From NCBI GenBank assembly GCA_964618225.1, contig CAZTWS010000003.1, positions 57,101-121,100 of the forward strand: a stretch of 64,000 nt of DNA, written 5' to 3'. Positions 29,373 through 38,949 of this stretch are shown here, piece by piece (positions within the stretch are counted from its first letter, which is position 1; every line of letters begins with the position of its first letter). The notes beneath the pieces were generated by a model, which saw only the letters and a list, made by a program, of their open reading frames with translations, searched no databases and was not told the origin of the DNA. Both the position numbers and the translations under genes were made by a program. This DNA comes from an uncultured Planctomycetaceae bacterium (GTDB lineage: Bacteria > Planctomycetota > Planctomycetia > Pirellulales > Lacipirellulaceae).

Positions 29373-30323
29373 ATGACCCATCAAAATAGCTCGAAACGCG
29401 TACTCGCTCGGCACGATCACATCAGATTCCGCAACATCTCATTGAGGCTCACTGTCGCCCTTGGGTTGGCAATCGTGCTTAGTTCCGGGTTTCTAACTTC
29501 AAACAGCGCGACCGCGGCGGTCATCGTCAACGACGACTTCGAGTACGCAAGCCAAGCTGCTTTCGAAGCCATTTGGGATCCCATCGGCTCGTCAGCCCCT
29601 GTGAGTGGGCAACTCTCTAATGAGCAATTCGTTAGCGCAAACCAATCCGTCAAGGTTCCAGGGACAACCTCTAACAACCAGTCACGCAATGCACTAATCC
29701 TAACCTCTCCCACTCCCGCGATCGGCATCGGCGATAAGTTGGTTTGGAGTTTTGATTTCTGGGATGACAACCCTACCGGCGAACCTCAACGCAATTACGC
29801 TCATTTGCAATTAGGCGCAAATCCTGGTCTTGCTCCAGTCGGCCAGACACTTTCCATGGGCCTCAGCAACAACCAGGGGGCCAGTAATAGCGGGGGCCAA
29901 TATTATATGGCCCGCATCCTCGGGTATGCCCACCCGATAGTGGACGCACAAGGAGGACCAAGTGAACACTCAAGCGGTACGGGATCGGGTGCTTTCTTCA
30001 AGCTAAATGATTTCGGCGTTGGCAATCGTTCCACCACAGCCGGATGGCGAAACCTGAAAGTTGAAATCTCGACCACCGGCACGAACACCATTTTCGATTA
30101 CTACGTGAATGGGATGCTTGCCGAACGTGAAATTGCTATTGCTAACGGCCCACAACAATACGACCGTATCTTGTTGGGCTCGGGTCTCGGCAATGAAAAC
30201 ACCCCGGCTTACTTCGATAACATGCGTCTGGAATTCATCCCGGCGATCCCCGAGCCAGCGTCGATCGCCCTACTTGGCCTAGGACTCGCCGCTACATGGC
30301 TCCATCGCCGACGACTCCTTTAG
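29373..30323 (+). CDS. PEP-CTERM sorting-domain protein with a jelly-roll / CBM-like body
   Basis: Signal/anchor LRLTVALGLAIVLSSGFL...ATA. The C-terminus is IPEPASIALLGLGLAATWLHRRRLL. The stop codon TAG (30321-30323) straddles the MITE insertion junction. Confidence 0.8.
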   Translation: MTHQNSSKRVLARHDHIRFRNISLRLTVALGLAIVLSSGFLTSNSATAAVIVNDDFEYASQAAFEAIWDPIGSSAPVSGQLSNEQFVSANQSVKVPGTTSNNQSRNALILTSPTPAIGIGDKLVWSFDFWDDNPTGEPQRNYAHLQLGANPGLAPVGQTLSMGLSNNQGASNSGGQYYMARILGYAHPIVDAQGGPSEHSSGTGSGAFFKLNDFGVGNRSTTAGWRNLKVEISTTGTNTIFDYYVNGMLAEREIAIANGPQQYDRILLGSGLGNENTPAYFDNMRLEFIPAIPEPASIALLGLGLAATWLHRRRLL

Positions 30324-30422
30324 GAACTCGAACCAAACCGGCGGGGACTGTCCGCAATTTCGCGGAGTCTTCGGAGCAAAATGGGACTGTCTCCCTCTCT
30401 CAGACGGTTTGGTTCGAGTTCC
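30323..30422 (+). mobile_element. MITE-like element of 100 bp with perfect 19-bp terminal inverted repeats, flanked by a TTA direct duplication
   Basis: The ends are GGAACTCGAACCAAACCGG (30323-30341) and CCGGTTTGGTTCGAGTTCC (30404-30422). TTA is present at both 30320-30322 and 30423-25. A second copy, about 92% identical and inverted, lies at 63897-63995. Confidence 0.75.
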
Positions 30423-30490
30423 TTAGAGATATTTGAGGCCGTCCGCTTTGAGCCCCCCAAAAAAACTTCTAGGAAATCGCAATAATTTTA

Positions 30491-30520
30491 TTGACTGTGT
30501 CATTAGCCTCTAACTAGAGT
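30491..30520 (+). promoter_or_regulatory. Putative promoter (TTGACT-N18-TAGAGT)
   Basis: The hexamers lie about 40 nt upstream of ATG 30562 and are preceded by an AT-rich stretch, CGCAATAATTTTA. Confidence 0.4.
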
Positions 30521-30561
30521 GGCCTGCGTAGCTTTTTCGTTTCCATCTAGGGAGGCCGCTA

Positions 30562-31251
30562 ATGAATTTCCAATCGAACTCGAAGTTAACCTCAATCCGT
30601 GTAGCGCGCTGTTTGATGCTTGCCGGCAGGCTGGTTTCCAAGCTACATCTCTGCCCGCTGGTGGCGGTGATAGGTTGGAGCCTGCTCACTGCAACTTCAG
30701 CCAATGCCGCGATCATCATCGAAAGTCGGCCTGGCGGCTTGAACTATGCAATGTATTCGGAAACCCCCAGTACTACCGATGTCCATTGGGCCGACAACTC
30801 AAACAAAAGCACGGCACCTGGCTTAACGCCCAATATTGGCTCACGAAGTGTCAGCACCTTTCTTGAGGGGGTCGGTGAACAGCACGCGATTTTCGCGCCC
30901 AATCTCCCAGACACCGGCCTGTATGAAGTCTTCGTAACCTGGGGACCGATTAGCAGCCGTCGTAATCCGATTCTCTACGAAGTCACGCACGCCGGCGGGG
31001 TCACCCAAATCGATATCGACCAATCGGCAGACCCCAACGAATGGGTCTCGTTAGGGACATTCGTATTCACAAGTGGCGTCGGCGGCATGGTCGATATGAG
31101 CAACCTGCACGTTAATACTTTCGGCAATATGCTGGCCGACGCCGTTAAATGGGAGCTCCTCGAAGTCATCAATGTTCCAGAACCAGCTTCGCTTCCACTG
31201 CTGAGCACTCTGCTTGCATTATGCAGCCGCAGGCGCTTCTCACGCCGATAA
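30562..31251 (+). CDS. PEP-CTERM sorting-domain protein
   Basis: GGGAGG Shine-Dalgarno sequence. Signal peptide ends TSANA. The C-terminus is VPEPASLPLLSTLLALCSRRRFSRR. Confidence 0.8.
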   Translation: MNFQSNSKLTSIRVARCLMLAGRLVSKLHLCPLVAVIGWSLLTATSANAAIIIESRPGGLNYAMYSETPSTTDVHWADNSNKSTAPGLTPNIGSRSVSTFLEGVGEQHAIFAPNLPDTGLYEVFVTWGPISSRRNPILYEVTHAGGVTQIDIDQSADPNEWVSLGTFVFTSGVGGMVDMSNLHVNTFGNMLADAVKWELLEVINVPEPASLPLLSTLLALCSRRRFSRR

Positions 31252-31287
31252 CCCGACGACGCGTCAAACGCGGAACGATCGATTTCC

Positions 31288-31326
31288 ATAGCCGCTTCGA
31301 ACTTCTGCTCGAAGCGGCTATTTTTG
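31288..31326. terminator. Hairpin terminator between convergent genes
   Basis: Perfect 13-bp stem ATAGCCGCTTCGA / TCGAAGCGGCTAT with an 8-nt loop, followed by TTTTT on the plus strand. It sits between the stops at 31251 (+) and 31332 (-). Confidence 0.7.
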
Positions 31327-31331
31327 TGGGG

Positions 31332-34112
31332 CTATCGCCGACGCCACGGTATCGAACTTGCCGCCCAAGCCACGAGAACCAGAAGCAAATTAGAGGGCTC
31401 AGGAACCGCTCCACCAGCCCCTGCCGTTGGGACACCCATCTTCCTCCAGAGCACGAAATCGGCCGCATCGACCACCCCGTCGCCATTGCCGTCCGCACCG
31501 GCACCAGGAGCGACCGATTGGCCGAACGCGTTTCGCCAGATGTCGTAATCCGCGGCTTCAACGACACCGTTACGGTCGTAATCGCCCGGAATATAGGCGG
31601 CCAGCATTCCATTCGGATTGTGAGAAACCGTATCCAAATAAATCTTAGCGTCGCCCGCGCCTTTGAACCAAATCGAGTCGATCGTCACGACTGCATTGTC
31701 GATTTGCCCGTTGGCCCCCCCCGCGAATGCAATCCATTCATTGGCGTCCGCCAGGTTCCATTGGTAGAGGTGCCACTCGTTGTCGGCAATAACCTCCAAC
31801 TCGGTTCCCCATTCCAAAGCCGTATTGTCTTGCGGATCATCAATGCCAATCCAGGCCGTGACGCCCGGATCAGCCGTCTTGAGCCAGAAACCAACGTAGC
31901 CGGTGGCCTGTAGCGGCACATTGCCATCCGGGTGGGCGATCGCACCGATCCCGGAATTATGGCGAAGCTGCCAATTCGCAGAACCATCGGATACAAGATT
32001 CAACTCTTGCGAGGCAATGCCAAACCCTTGATGCTCGGTTTCGACGCGGTCGATGGTGGTGGCATTCGATAGCCCAAACGTCTGGGAAACGGGAGAGAAG
32101 TTATAGTTTCGATTGAAATGACCTTCGTCGATTTCGAAGTCATCAAGCACATTGCCGAGCCCCGGCGGAGGTGGAGGCGGAGGAGTCGAAGTGACGTGGA
32201 GAAAACCGATGCCGGAAAGCAGCGAGCTTGTGAACTGGGCACCCGAGCCTTCCGCTCCCCAAATACCTTCCGGCTGTGGCAAGCCGTTGAGGACCAAGCC
32301 ACGCACGATATCGTTTCCGGCAAAACCGAGATGCAGCACCGAGCCTCCATGAACATACACATCGGCCGAATCCGCGAGGAACGGGTTCCCGATATTAAGC
32401 TGGCCTGCTTGTACCACGGTGTCGCCCAAATAAGAATTACTGCCCGTCAAAGCCAGCGTGCCGAAGCCGGTTTTCGTCAGACCGCCATTAGTAATTGGCA
32501 CCTGGATGGCCATGTCGATGGCAGACGCCCCGTTGGATACGCTGAAGATGCGAGGCTCGCCCCCTAAATCCAGAAAGCCGCTGGCACCGGCTCCGGCACC
32601 GTTGGCAATCGTTGCCGTGCCGTTTTCATACGGGTTGAAGTTCACATGCCCTGTCATCGTGATTGCCGCAGGCGTGGAAGCGTGCGGCATGAGGTCGATT
32701 TGGTTGAATGTCAGCGTGCCGCCACCTAGTGTGAACGCATTGCCCGCATCGACCTGCAAGCGATAGACGCTCATGCTAGCCGTCCCGCTCATGGAAACTG
32801 GCGCGGAGAATTGGGCTGAAATTGCAGTCGAGGACGGATCCCGAAGAGGATCATTCGCGGCGTACTTGGGGTTATCGTAATTGATCGTCAGCGTGCCGCC
32901 CGTGATGTTCAGTGCTTCGCGAACATACAGTTTCCGAATGTTGTGCGTGCCAGACGATAACGTAATCGTCGGGTTTGCCGCGCCGCGATCCAGGATCACG
33001 GTGTCGTTCTGGCCCGAAGTAACGCCCGACCCCGCCGCCCCCGGCAGGCGTGGAGTCGGCAGTGTTTGCGTACCGATCGGTGCCACCTGGCCGGGACCGG
33101 TTACTGGTGCCACTGGCGTCTGGCCACTATTCCACTTCGTCAGTTCACTCCAATCGCCACTGGAATCGCTCACCCACAACGCAGGCACCAGGTGGTCTTT
33201 CAGAAACTCGGTGCCGCCGTTGGCCACATCGAAATCGAGATTGCTTCCACCGTTGTTAAAGCTCTGCAAACGGCCCGTGCTGGCATACTGCCAAAAATCC
33301 CAGGGATGGGCGGGGTTTGGCGGGTCGTCCCACGGACCATAAACGCTGGTCGTGTAGTCTCCCGGATTTGCAGTCTGCACGGGAATGGAGTCAGGATTAG
33401 CTTGGTTTGGCCAACGGGCAATCCACAACGTTGGGTATGCAGCAACCAGAGTAGTTTCCGTTGCGGTGTTCGCTTCGTTCTGAATGTCGCTCGCGTAATT
33501 GCCACCGATGTAAACGCCGGGACGGATGCCATAAACCTCGTAAATACGGTTCGAGAAGTCGATCGCAAACTCGGCTAGCTCCTGCCCCGTGCGTTGGCTG
33601 ATACCAGCTTCCAAATCGAAGATCGGCACCAAATAGCCGGGACGCATCCAGGCACCTGCCATCTGCATAAAGTGGTCGGCTTCATCAATACCCGTGTTGC
33701 GAATCCCATTGGAATTCAATGTCGATTCGATAATGTCCATCCGGCCGAAGTGATACGACCCGGCAAAGATGCCGGCGGCCGTCGCGCGGTTGATGTTCTG
33801 CACGAAATAGGGATCATCGTACCGCTGCGACAGCGTGTTGAGCCCATTGTTGTTGTTGGCATCGCTCTGGTTGTAGTAACCGGTCGTGCCACCTCGGCTT
33901 GCACGTAGAAAAACGAACTGGCGGTTCTCGACGTTGCGGATGTTGTTCCACGTGGTTTGCGAGATGTTTCCCTGCCAAGCCGAGATGTCGATCCCCAACG
34001 CACGAGGCTGCTGAGCATTAAGTTTCCCCACGAATGGCTGCCAAGAAAGCATGAGACCAAGCACGGCCAACAACTGCGCCCCAACGATCAATTTCCGGCC
34101 TGACGAATTCAT
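31332..34112 (-). CDS. GH25 muramidase-domain surface protein with PATR repeats, a poly-Pro linker, a CBM-like domain, a dockerin-like motif and a PEP-CTERM anchor
   Basis: ATG 34112 follows GGAGAA. GIDISAWQGNI...FVFLRASRG...YHFGR is the GH25 pattern. PPPPPPP linker is present, then DYDRNGVVEAADYDIWRN and NGDGVVDAADFVLWRK. The C-terminus is VPEPSNLLLVLVAWAASSIPWRRR. Confidence 0.85.
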   Translation of the reverse strand: MNSSGRKLIVGAQLLAVLGLMLSWQPFVGKLNAQQPRALGIDISAWQGNISQTTWNNIRNVENRQFVFLRASRGGTTGYYNQSDANNNNGLNTLSQRYDDPYFVQNINRATAAGIFAGSYHFGRMDIIESTLNSNGIRNTGIDEADHFMQMAGAWMRPGYLVPIFDLEAGISQRTGQELAEFAIDFSNRIYEVYGIRPGVYIGGNYASDIQNEANTATETTLVAAYPTLWIARWPNQANPDSIPVQTANPGDYTTSVYGPWDDPPNPAHPWDFWQYASTGRLQSFNNGGSNLDFDVANGGTEFLKDHLVPALWVSDSSGDWSELTKWNSGQTPVAPVTGPGQVAPIGTQTLPTPRLPGAAGSGVTSGQNDTVILDRGAANPTITLSSGTHNIRKLYVREALNITGGTLTINYDNPKYAANDPLRDPSSTAISAQFSAPVSMSGTASMSVYRLQVDAGNAFTLGGGTLTFNQIDLMPHASTPAAITMTGHVNFNPYENGTATIANGAGAGASGFLDLGGEPRIFSVSNGASAIDMAIQVPITNGGLTKTGFGTLALTGSNSYLGDTVVQAGQLNIGNPFLADSADVYVHGGSVLHLGFAGNDIVRGLVLNGLPQPEGIWGAEGSGAQFTSSLLSGIGFLHVTSTPPPPPPPGLGNVLDDFEIDEGHFNRNYNFSPVSQTFGLSNATTIDRVETEHQGFGIASQELNLVSDGSANWQLRHNSGIGAIAHPDGNVPLQATGYVGFWLKTADPGVTAWIGIDDPQDNTALEWGTELEVIADNEWHLYQWNLADANEWIAFAGGANGQIDNAVVTIDSIWFKGAGDAKIYLDTVSHNPNGMLAAYIPGDYDRNGVVEAADYDIWRNAFGQSVAPGAGADGNGDGVVDAADFVLWRKMGVPTAGAGGAVPEPSNLLLVLVAWAASSIPWRRR

Positions 34113-34550
34113 CCGCGGTTTCTCCAATGTTCCCCAACCAGTTATGCCCTAAAGCTAGAGTAAGCATCCACGACAAAAGCGCCAATTCAACGACCGCCAC
34201 TCGATAGGAAACTAGAGGAAGTTTTGCCACCAACTTAGAACAGGCCAGCATTTAGCTGCGCGAATGCGCGAGCATGGTGCGCGATCCTAGCCAATCACTC
34301 GAAAATGTCTGAAAAAAACACGCTCCATCCCACCGCCCACCTGGCGTGATTTGCTTGCCCAAATAGGGCGTGCGGAACATAATCAAATTACGGGACAGGG
34401 TTGCGATGAGAGAGGCTACTTCAATCGCATGCCGCGGGCGACTCTTAACCGGCAGTGCCACACATCTGCTCTCCCCAGGGTCGCCTAACATCCCCCCCTT
34501 CAACCGCGCGTGCCGTCTACGATTAGATTGAAGTAACAGAGGAGAGAAGA

Positions 34551-37259
34551 GTGAGTTCGTTTTCCGCGCACAAGATTACCATCGTCGCAGTCATCATGGC
34601 GTGCATCGCGGCAGCCTGGACAAGCGCCGCCGCTCCCGCATTAGCCCAAAGAGCACTCGGCACAGACGTCTCGTACTGGCAAGGCGAGATCACGCAAACT
34701 GCTTGGAACTACGCTTATAACAACGGCAACCGGGTGTACGCATTCGTTCGTTCTACGCGGGGCGGTACCACAGGGCTGAGTCAAACCTCTGGGACTCCTT
34801 CTCCACATTCAAGTCAGGAAACTCTCTCTCGCCGCTACGACGATTCGCGGTTCATTCAGAACATGGTCCGAGCGACCAACGCTGGGTTGATGACCGCCCC
34901 TTATCATTTTGCACGCCCGGATATCCTCACGAATACCGGTGCCGATGAAGCTGACCACTTCATGCAGATGGCTGGCATTTACATGCGCCCCGGCTATATG
35001 CTGCCCATGTACGACCTCGAAGCGGGACAAAGCGAGCGCACCGGCCAGCAGTTAGCACAATTCTCGCTCGATTTTTCCAACCGTATCTACGAGGTCATGC
35101 AAATCCGCCCGTCGATTTATGCAAACGGAAATTACATGAACTACCTCTCGAATGCAAATGCTGCAACCCGGAATGCACTCGCTCAACCGTCTTCGAATGG
35201 GCCAAGCATGGTGTCGCCCGCCTTCCCGGTCCTCTTCGCAGCTCGATACCCGGCTGGTACCGGCAACCCCTACACCGGAGACATCCAAAACCAAAACCCT
35301 AAAGATGCTGGCGGCACGCTCAGTTGGTTCTTCGGCCCTTTCGATGACTACGGCAACAGCCAGCCTTGGCACTTCTGGCAATACAGCAGCGGCGAAGCAA
35401 TCTTCGGCCCGCACGGCGATCTCACCGTCGACGGCGATATTTCCCAAGGCGACATCGAGTTTGTGCGTGACACGCTCGTACCCGCTGTTTGGTGGAATGA
35501 CTCGAGCGGCGATTGGAGCTCGCTGGCCAACTGGAACAGTGGCCAATCGGTAGTTGCGCCCGTCCCCGGCCCAGGACAAGCAACGCCTTTTGCCAGTGGC
35601 CCTCTTCCTGTTCCCCGCCTTCCCGGTGCTGCCGGAACAGGCCCCACCTCCGGCCAGTACGATACGGTGATTCTTGAGCGTCCCAATGCAAATATCACCG
35701 TCACTATTTCGACTGGCACCCACAACATTCGCAAAATGTACATGCGCGAGGCGCTAGAGATCACTGGCGGTTCGCTTACGATCAACTACAACCCCAACTA
35801 CAACAACGATTTTGATAACAACCCGAACACCAATTTCCCGAACGCATTGCGATCCGGCCCGATCTCAGCACAGTTCTCTGGCCCTGTCACACTCAGCGGC
35901 GGCAGCTTGACGGTCCACACGGTGCAAGTCGATGCTCAGAGAGTATTTACTCTCGCCGGTGGCACGCTTACGTTTGATAAAATCAATCTCATCTCGAATG
36001 CCGCGACCAAGGTTGCCGTCACGGGCGATGTAATCATCAACCCCCTGAATAACGCCACGGCCACAATCACGCGATCTGCTGCTTCTGGCACGCTCGACCT
36101 CATGGGCGGCAATCGAACGTTCACGGTCGGAAACGGTTCCGCGGATGTCGATTTCTCTGTGGCCGTGCCGATTGCCAACGGCGGCTTCACGAAAGCTGGC
36201 CTCGGTATCATGCGACTCGATGCGGCCAATACGTTCACTGGTCCGGTCACGGTTAACGGCGGAACGCTTCGCTATGGTCATTCTTCGGGCTTGAACGATG
36301 CCACACTGGTTACGATCAATGCCGGAGCCCAACTCGACATGAACGGCATCAGCGATACGATCGCCGGTTTAGCCGGCACATCCGGCGGCATCCTGCAACG
36401 AGGAACTGCAAATCTGACGTTAGGTGGCACCGCTGGCAACACTACTTTTGCAGGCCTCATCACTGGTTCGGGAGCGCTAATTAAAAATGGCTCCGCCACG
36501 CAAACGCTTTCCGGAAACAATACGCTCGGCAATGTCACCGTGAACGCCGGTGGGCTTATGCTGAACGGTGTGAACACGACAAGCCTGGTAACCGTAAACG
36601 GCGGCGCGCTCGGCGGTTCCGGATCCGTTTCTGGCAACGTTACTTTGAACAATGGTTCAACGCTAACGCCCGGAAACGGCGTGGGCCTGTTCACTGTCGG
36701 CTCTCTTAACGTAAACGCCGGTTCGCAACTCCAGTTCGATGTAAGCACCAGCTTCAACCAAGACCTGCTGCTAGTCTTAAACCAACTTCAATTGAACGCC
36801 GGTTCTGTGAGCATCCTCGATTCGACCGGCGAACTATCGCCCGGCGTCTATCCGCTCATCGCCTATGGCAGCTTGGTTGGCGACGTTGCGAACCTGGGCA
36901 CACCCGTCGGTCCTGCGGGCTTCGAATACCAGTTGCTCGATTCCGGGACCGTCATCAGCCTGGCCGTGCTCCCCATCGGTGTCCCAGGAGATTTCAATAA
37001 CGATGGCACGGTTGACAGTGCCGATTACGTGATTTGGAAAAAGTACAACGGCACCGAACAAGAACTACCGAATAGCGGTAGCCTAAGCGGCACGGTTGGA
37101 GATGGTCATTACAACCTATGGCGCGAAAACTTCGGGCGAGTAGCTGAATCTGGCGGCGGCTCCAGTGGAAACGGAAACGTCCCCGAACCAACAAGTGCCC
37201 TCCTAGCCGCAGCCGCCATCTTGTTTGGGCTAACCCTCCGACGCCGAATAATTCGCTAG
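34551..37259 (+). CDS. GH25 muramidase-domain surface protein with PATR repeats, a dockerin-like motif and a PEP-CTERM anchor; paralog of 31332-34112
   Basis: GTDVSYWQGEI...YAFVRSTRG...YHFARPD (GH25). Long collinear identity with the paralog, for example ADHFMQMAG..MRPGY and LPGAAG.G.TSGQ.DTVIL. Also FNNDGTVDSADYVIWKK. The C-terminus is VPEPTSALLAAAAILFGLTLRRRIIR. Confidence 0.85.
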   Translation: MSSFSAHKITIVAVIMACIAAAWTSAAAPALAQRALGTDVSYWQGEITQTAWNYAYNNGNRVYAFVRSTRGGTTGLSQTSGTPSPHSSQETLSRRYDDSRFIQNMVRATNAGLMTAPYHFARPDILTNTGADEADHFMQMAGIYMRPGYMLPMYDLEAGQSERTGQQLAQFSLDFSNRIYEVMQIRPSIYANGNYMNYLSNANAATRNALAQPSSNGPSMVSPAFPVLFAARYPAGTGNPYTGDIQNQNPKDAGGTLSWFFGPFDDYGNSQPWHFWQYSSGEAIFGPHGDLTVDGDISQGDIEFVRDTLVPAVWWNDSSGDWSSLANWNSGQSVVAPVPGPGQATPFASGPLPVPRLPGAAGTGPTSGQYDTVILERPNANITVTISTGTHNIRKMYMREALEITGGSLTINYNPNYNNDFDNNPNTNFPNALRSGPISAQFSGPVTLSGGSLTVHTVQVDAQRVFTLAGGTLTFDKINLISNAATKVAVTGDVIINPLNNATATITRSAASGTLDLMGGNRTFTVGNGSADVDFSVAVPIANGGFTKAGLGIMRLDAANTFTGPVTVNGGTLRYGHSSGLNDATLVTINAGAQLDMNGISDTIAGLAGTSGGILQRGTANLTLGGTAGNTTFAGLITGSGALIKNGSATQTLSGNNTLGNVTVNAGGLMLNGVNTTSLVTVNGGALGGSGSVSGNVTLNNGSTLTPGNGVGLFTVGSLNVNAGSQLQFDVSTSFNQDLLLVLNQLQLNAGSVSILDSTGELSPGVYPLIAYGSLVGDVANLGTPVGPAGFEYQLLDSGTVISLAVLPIGVPGDFNNDGTVDSADYVIWKKYNGTEQELPNSGSLSGTVGDGHYNLWRENFGRVAESGGGSSGNGNVPEPTSALLAAAAILFGLTLRRRIIR

Positions 37260-37423
37260 CCGTTGCAATACTCTAGCTGGCGGCACCCGTATGCGCAATA
37301 ACGTGAGCAAGTTGCGCACTGCCCCCTGAAAAGCGCCTCGAAACTCAGTTATCCTAGAGGTCTTCAGCCCTCGGCACTCTGCCACGGGCGGCGCTCTGAG
37401 AACTGCGTTTCAAGAGGTACATC

Positions 37424-38947
37424 GTGAATCGAGCCAAATTCGTCGGAATCGTTCTCTTAGCCGCCTTAACAGGCCTTGTTAGCTTCACGGTACAAGCGGC
37501 CGAAGCGCCGCCCGAAGTACCCCGCGAATTTCGCGGCGTGTGGATCGCCACGGTCTCGAACATCGACTGGCCCTCGCGCCCAGGTCTGCCTGCCGACAAA
37601 CAGAAAGCCGAGCTGGTGGCGATGCTCGACAAAGCGGTCGAGCTCAACCTCAACGCGATCATCTTCCAAATCCGCCCCGCGGCCGATGCTCTCTACCCCT
37701 CGAAGCTCGAGCCGTGGTCCCCTTACCTTTCCGGCACCATGGGCAAACCGCCGGAGCCGTTTTACGATCCGCTCGAATTCGCCATCACCGAGGCCCATCG
37801 CCGTGGTTTGCAGTTGCACGTGTGGTTCAACCCGTACCGCGTACGCATGGCCGGCGCTCGCGAACAAGCATCGCCCGATCATTCGAGCAACACACGGAAA
37901 GATATCGTCCGCCAATACGGCGATTACCTGTGGTTCGACCCGGGCGAACCCGAGGCGGTCAAGCACTTCATCAACGTGCTCACCGATGTCGTGAAGCGTT
38001 ACGATATAGACGGCGTCCACATCGACGACTATTTCTATCCGTATCAAATCGTCAAGGACGGCAAAACGGTTCCGTTCCCCGATGATGAAAGCTATGCCCG
38101 CGCCACGAAGCGTGGCAAGAAAATCGAACGCGACGACTGGCGGCGGCAAAACGTGAATCAGCTCGTCGAGCAAATGTACGAAGCTGTAAAACGTGAGAAG
38201 TCTTGGGTGCAAGTCGGCATTAGCCCCTTCGGAATTTGGCGTCCGGGCCACCCCCCCGGCATCACCGGCCTCGATCAATACAGCACGCTCTATGCTGATG
38301 CACGCCTCTGGTTCCAGGAAGGCTGGCTCGACTACATGACCCCGCAGCTTTACTGGCAAGTCGATAGCAAAGGCCAAAGCTATCCCAAGCTGCTCGCCTG
38401 GTGGACAGAGCAAAACGCCAAGAATCGCCACCTGTGGCCGGGTAACTTCACGTCGAAAGTTCGCCGCTCGGCCAACACCCCCGAATCGAACTCCGCCTGG
38501 TCGGCCGAGGAAGTCATCCGGCAAATCGAAGCTACCCGCGCCCAGCCGGGCGCAACCGGCAACATCCATTTCAGCATGAAAGCACTGATGGGCAACTACG
38601 ACGGCCTGGCCGACAAACTCAAAGCAGGTGTTTACGCCGAACCGGCCCTCGTGCCCGATTCTCCCTGGCTAAGCCGCGAAACGCCCACCAAGCCGAAGAT
38701 CAACGTCGAAGGCCGCGGCAACTCGGTGGCGATCGATCTCGACGCCAGCGGCAAGCCGCCTTGGCAGTGGCTCATCCGCGTGCAGACTAACGATGGCTGG
38801 AAGAACCTCATCGTTCCCGGCTCTGAAGTCCACCAAGCCGTAACGCTCGACGACGGTAAACAAATCAAATCCGTAACCGTCGCCGGCGTATCGCGACTCG
38901 GCCGCGTCGGCCGCCCTGTGAAAACAACCATCAAGAACGCAAACTAA
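37424..38947 (+). CDS. Glycosyl-hydrolase-like 10 (GHL10) family protein, YddW/DigH-like
   Basis: REFRGVWIATVSNIDWPS...LNAIIFQIRPAADALYPS..EPWS..L.G...P..DPLEF...AHRRGLQLHVWFNPYR is the YddW/UPF0748 pattern. An N-terminal signal peptide is present. Confidence 0.8.
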   Translation: MNRAKFVGIVLLAALTGLVSFTVQAAEAPPEVPREFRGVWIATVSNIDWPSRPGLPADKQKAELVAMLDKAVELNLNAIIFQIRPAADALYPSKLEPWSPYLSGTMGKPPEPFYDPLEFAITEAHRRGLQLHVWFNPYRVRMAGAREQASPDHSSNTRKDIVRQYGDYLWFDPGEPEAVKHFINVLTDVVKRYDIDGVHIDDYFYPYQIVKDGKTVPFPDDESYARATKRGKKIERDDWRRQNVNQLVEQMYEAVKREKSWVQVGISPFGIWRPGHPPGITGLDQYSTLYADARLWFQEGWLDYMTPQLYWQVDSKGQSYPKLLAWWTEQNAKNRHLWPGNFTSKVRRSANTPESNSAWSAEEVIRQIEATRAQPGATGNIHFSMKALMGNYDGLADKLKAGVYAEPALVPDSPWLSRETPTKPKINVEGRGNSVAIDLDASGKPPWQWLIRVQTNDGWKNLIVPGSEVHQAVTLDDGKQIKSVTVAGVSRLGRVGRPVKTTIKNAN

Positions 38948-38949
38948 CT

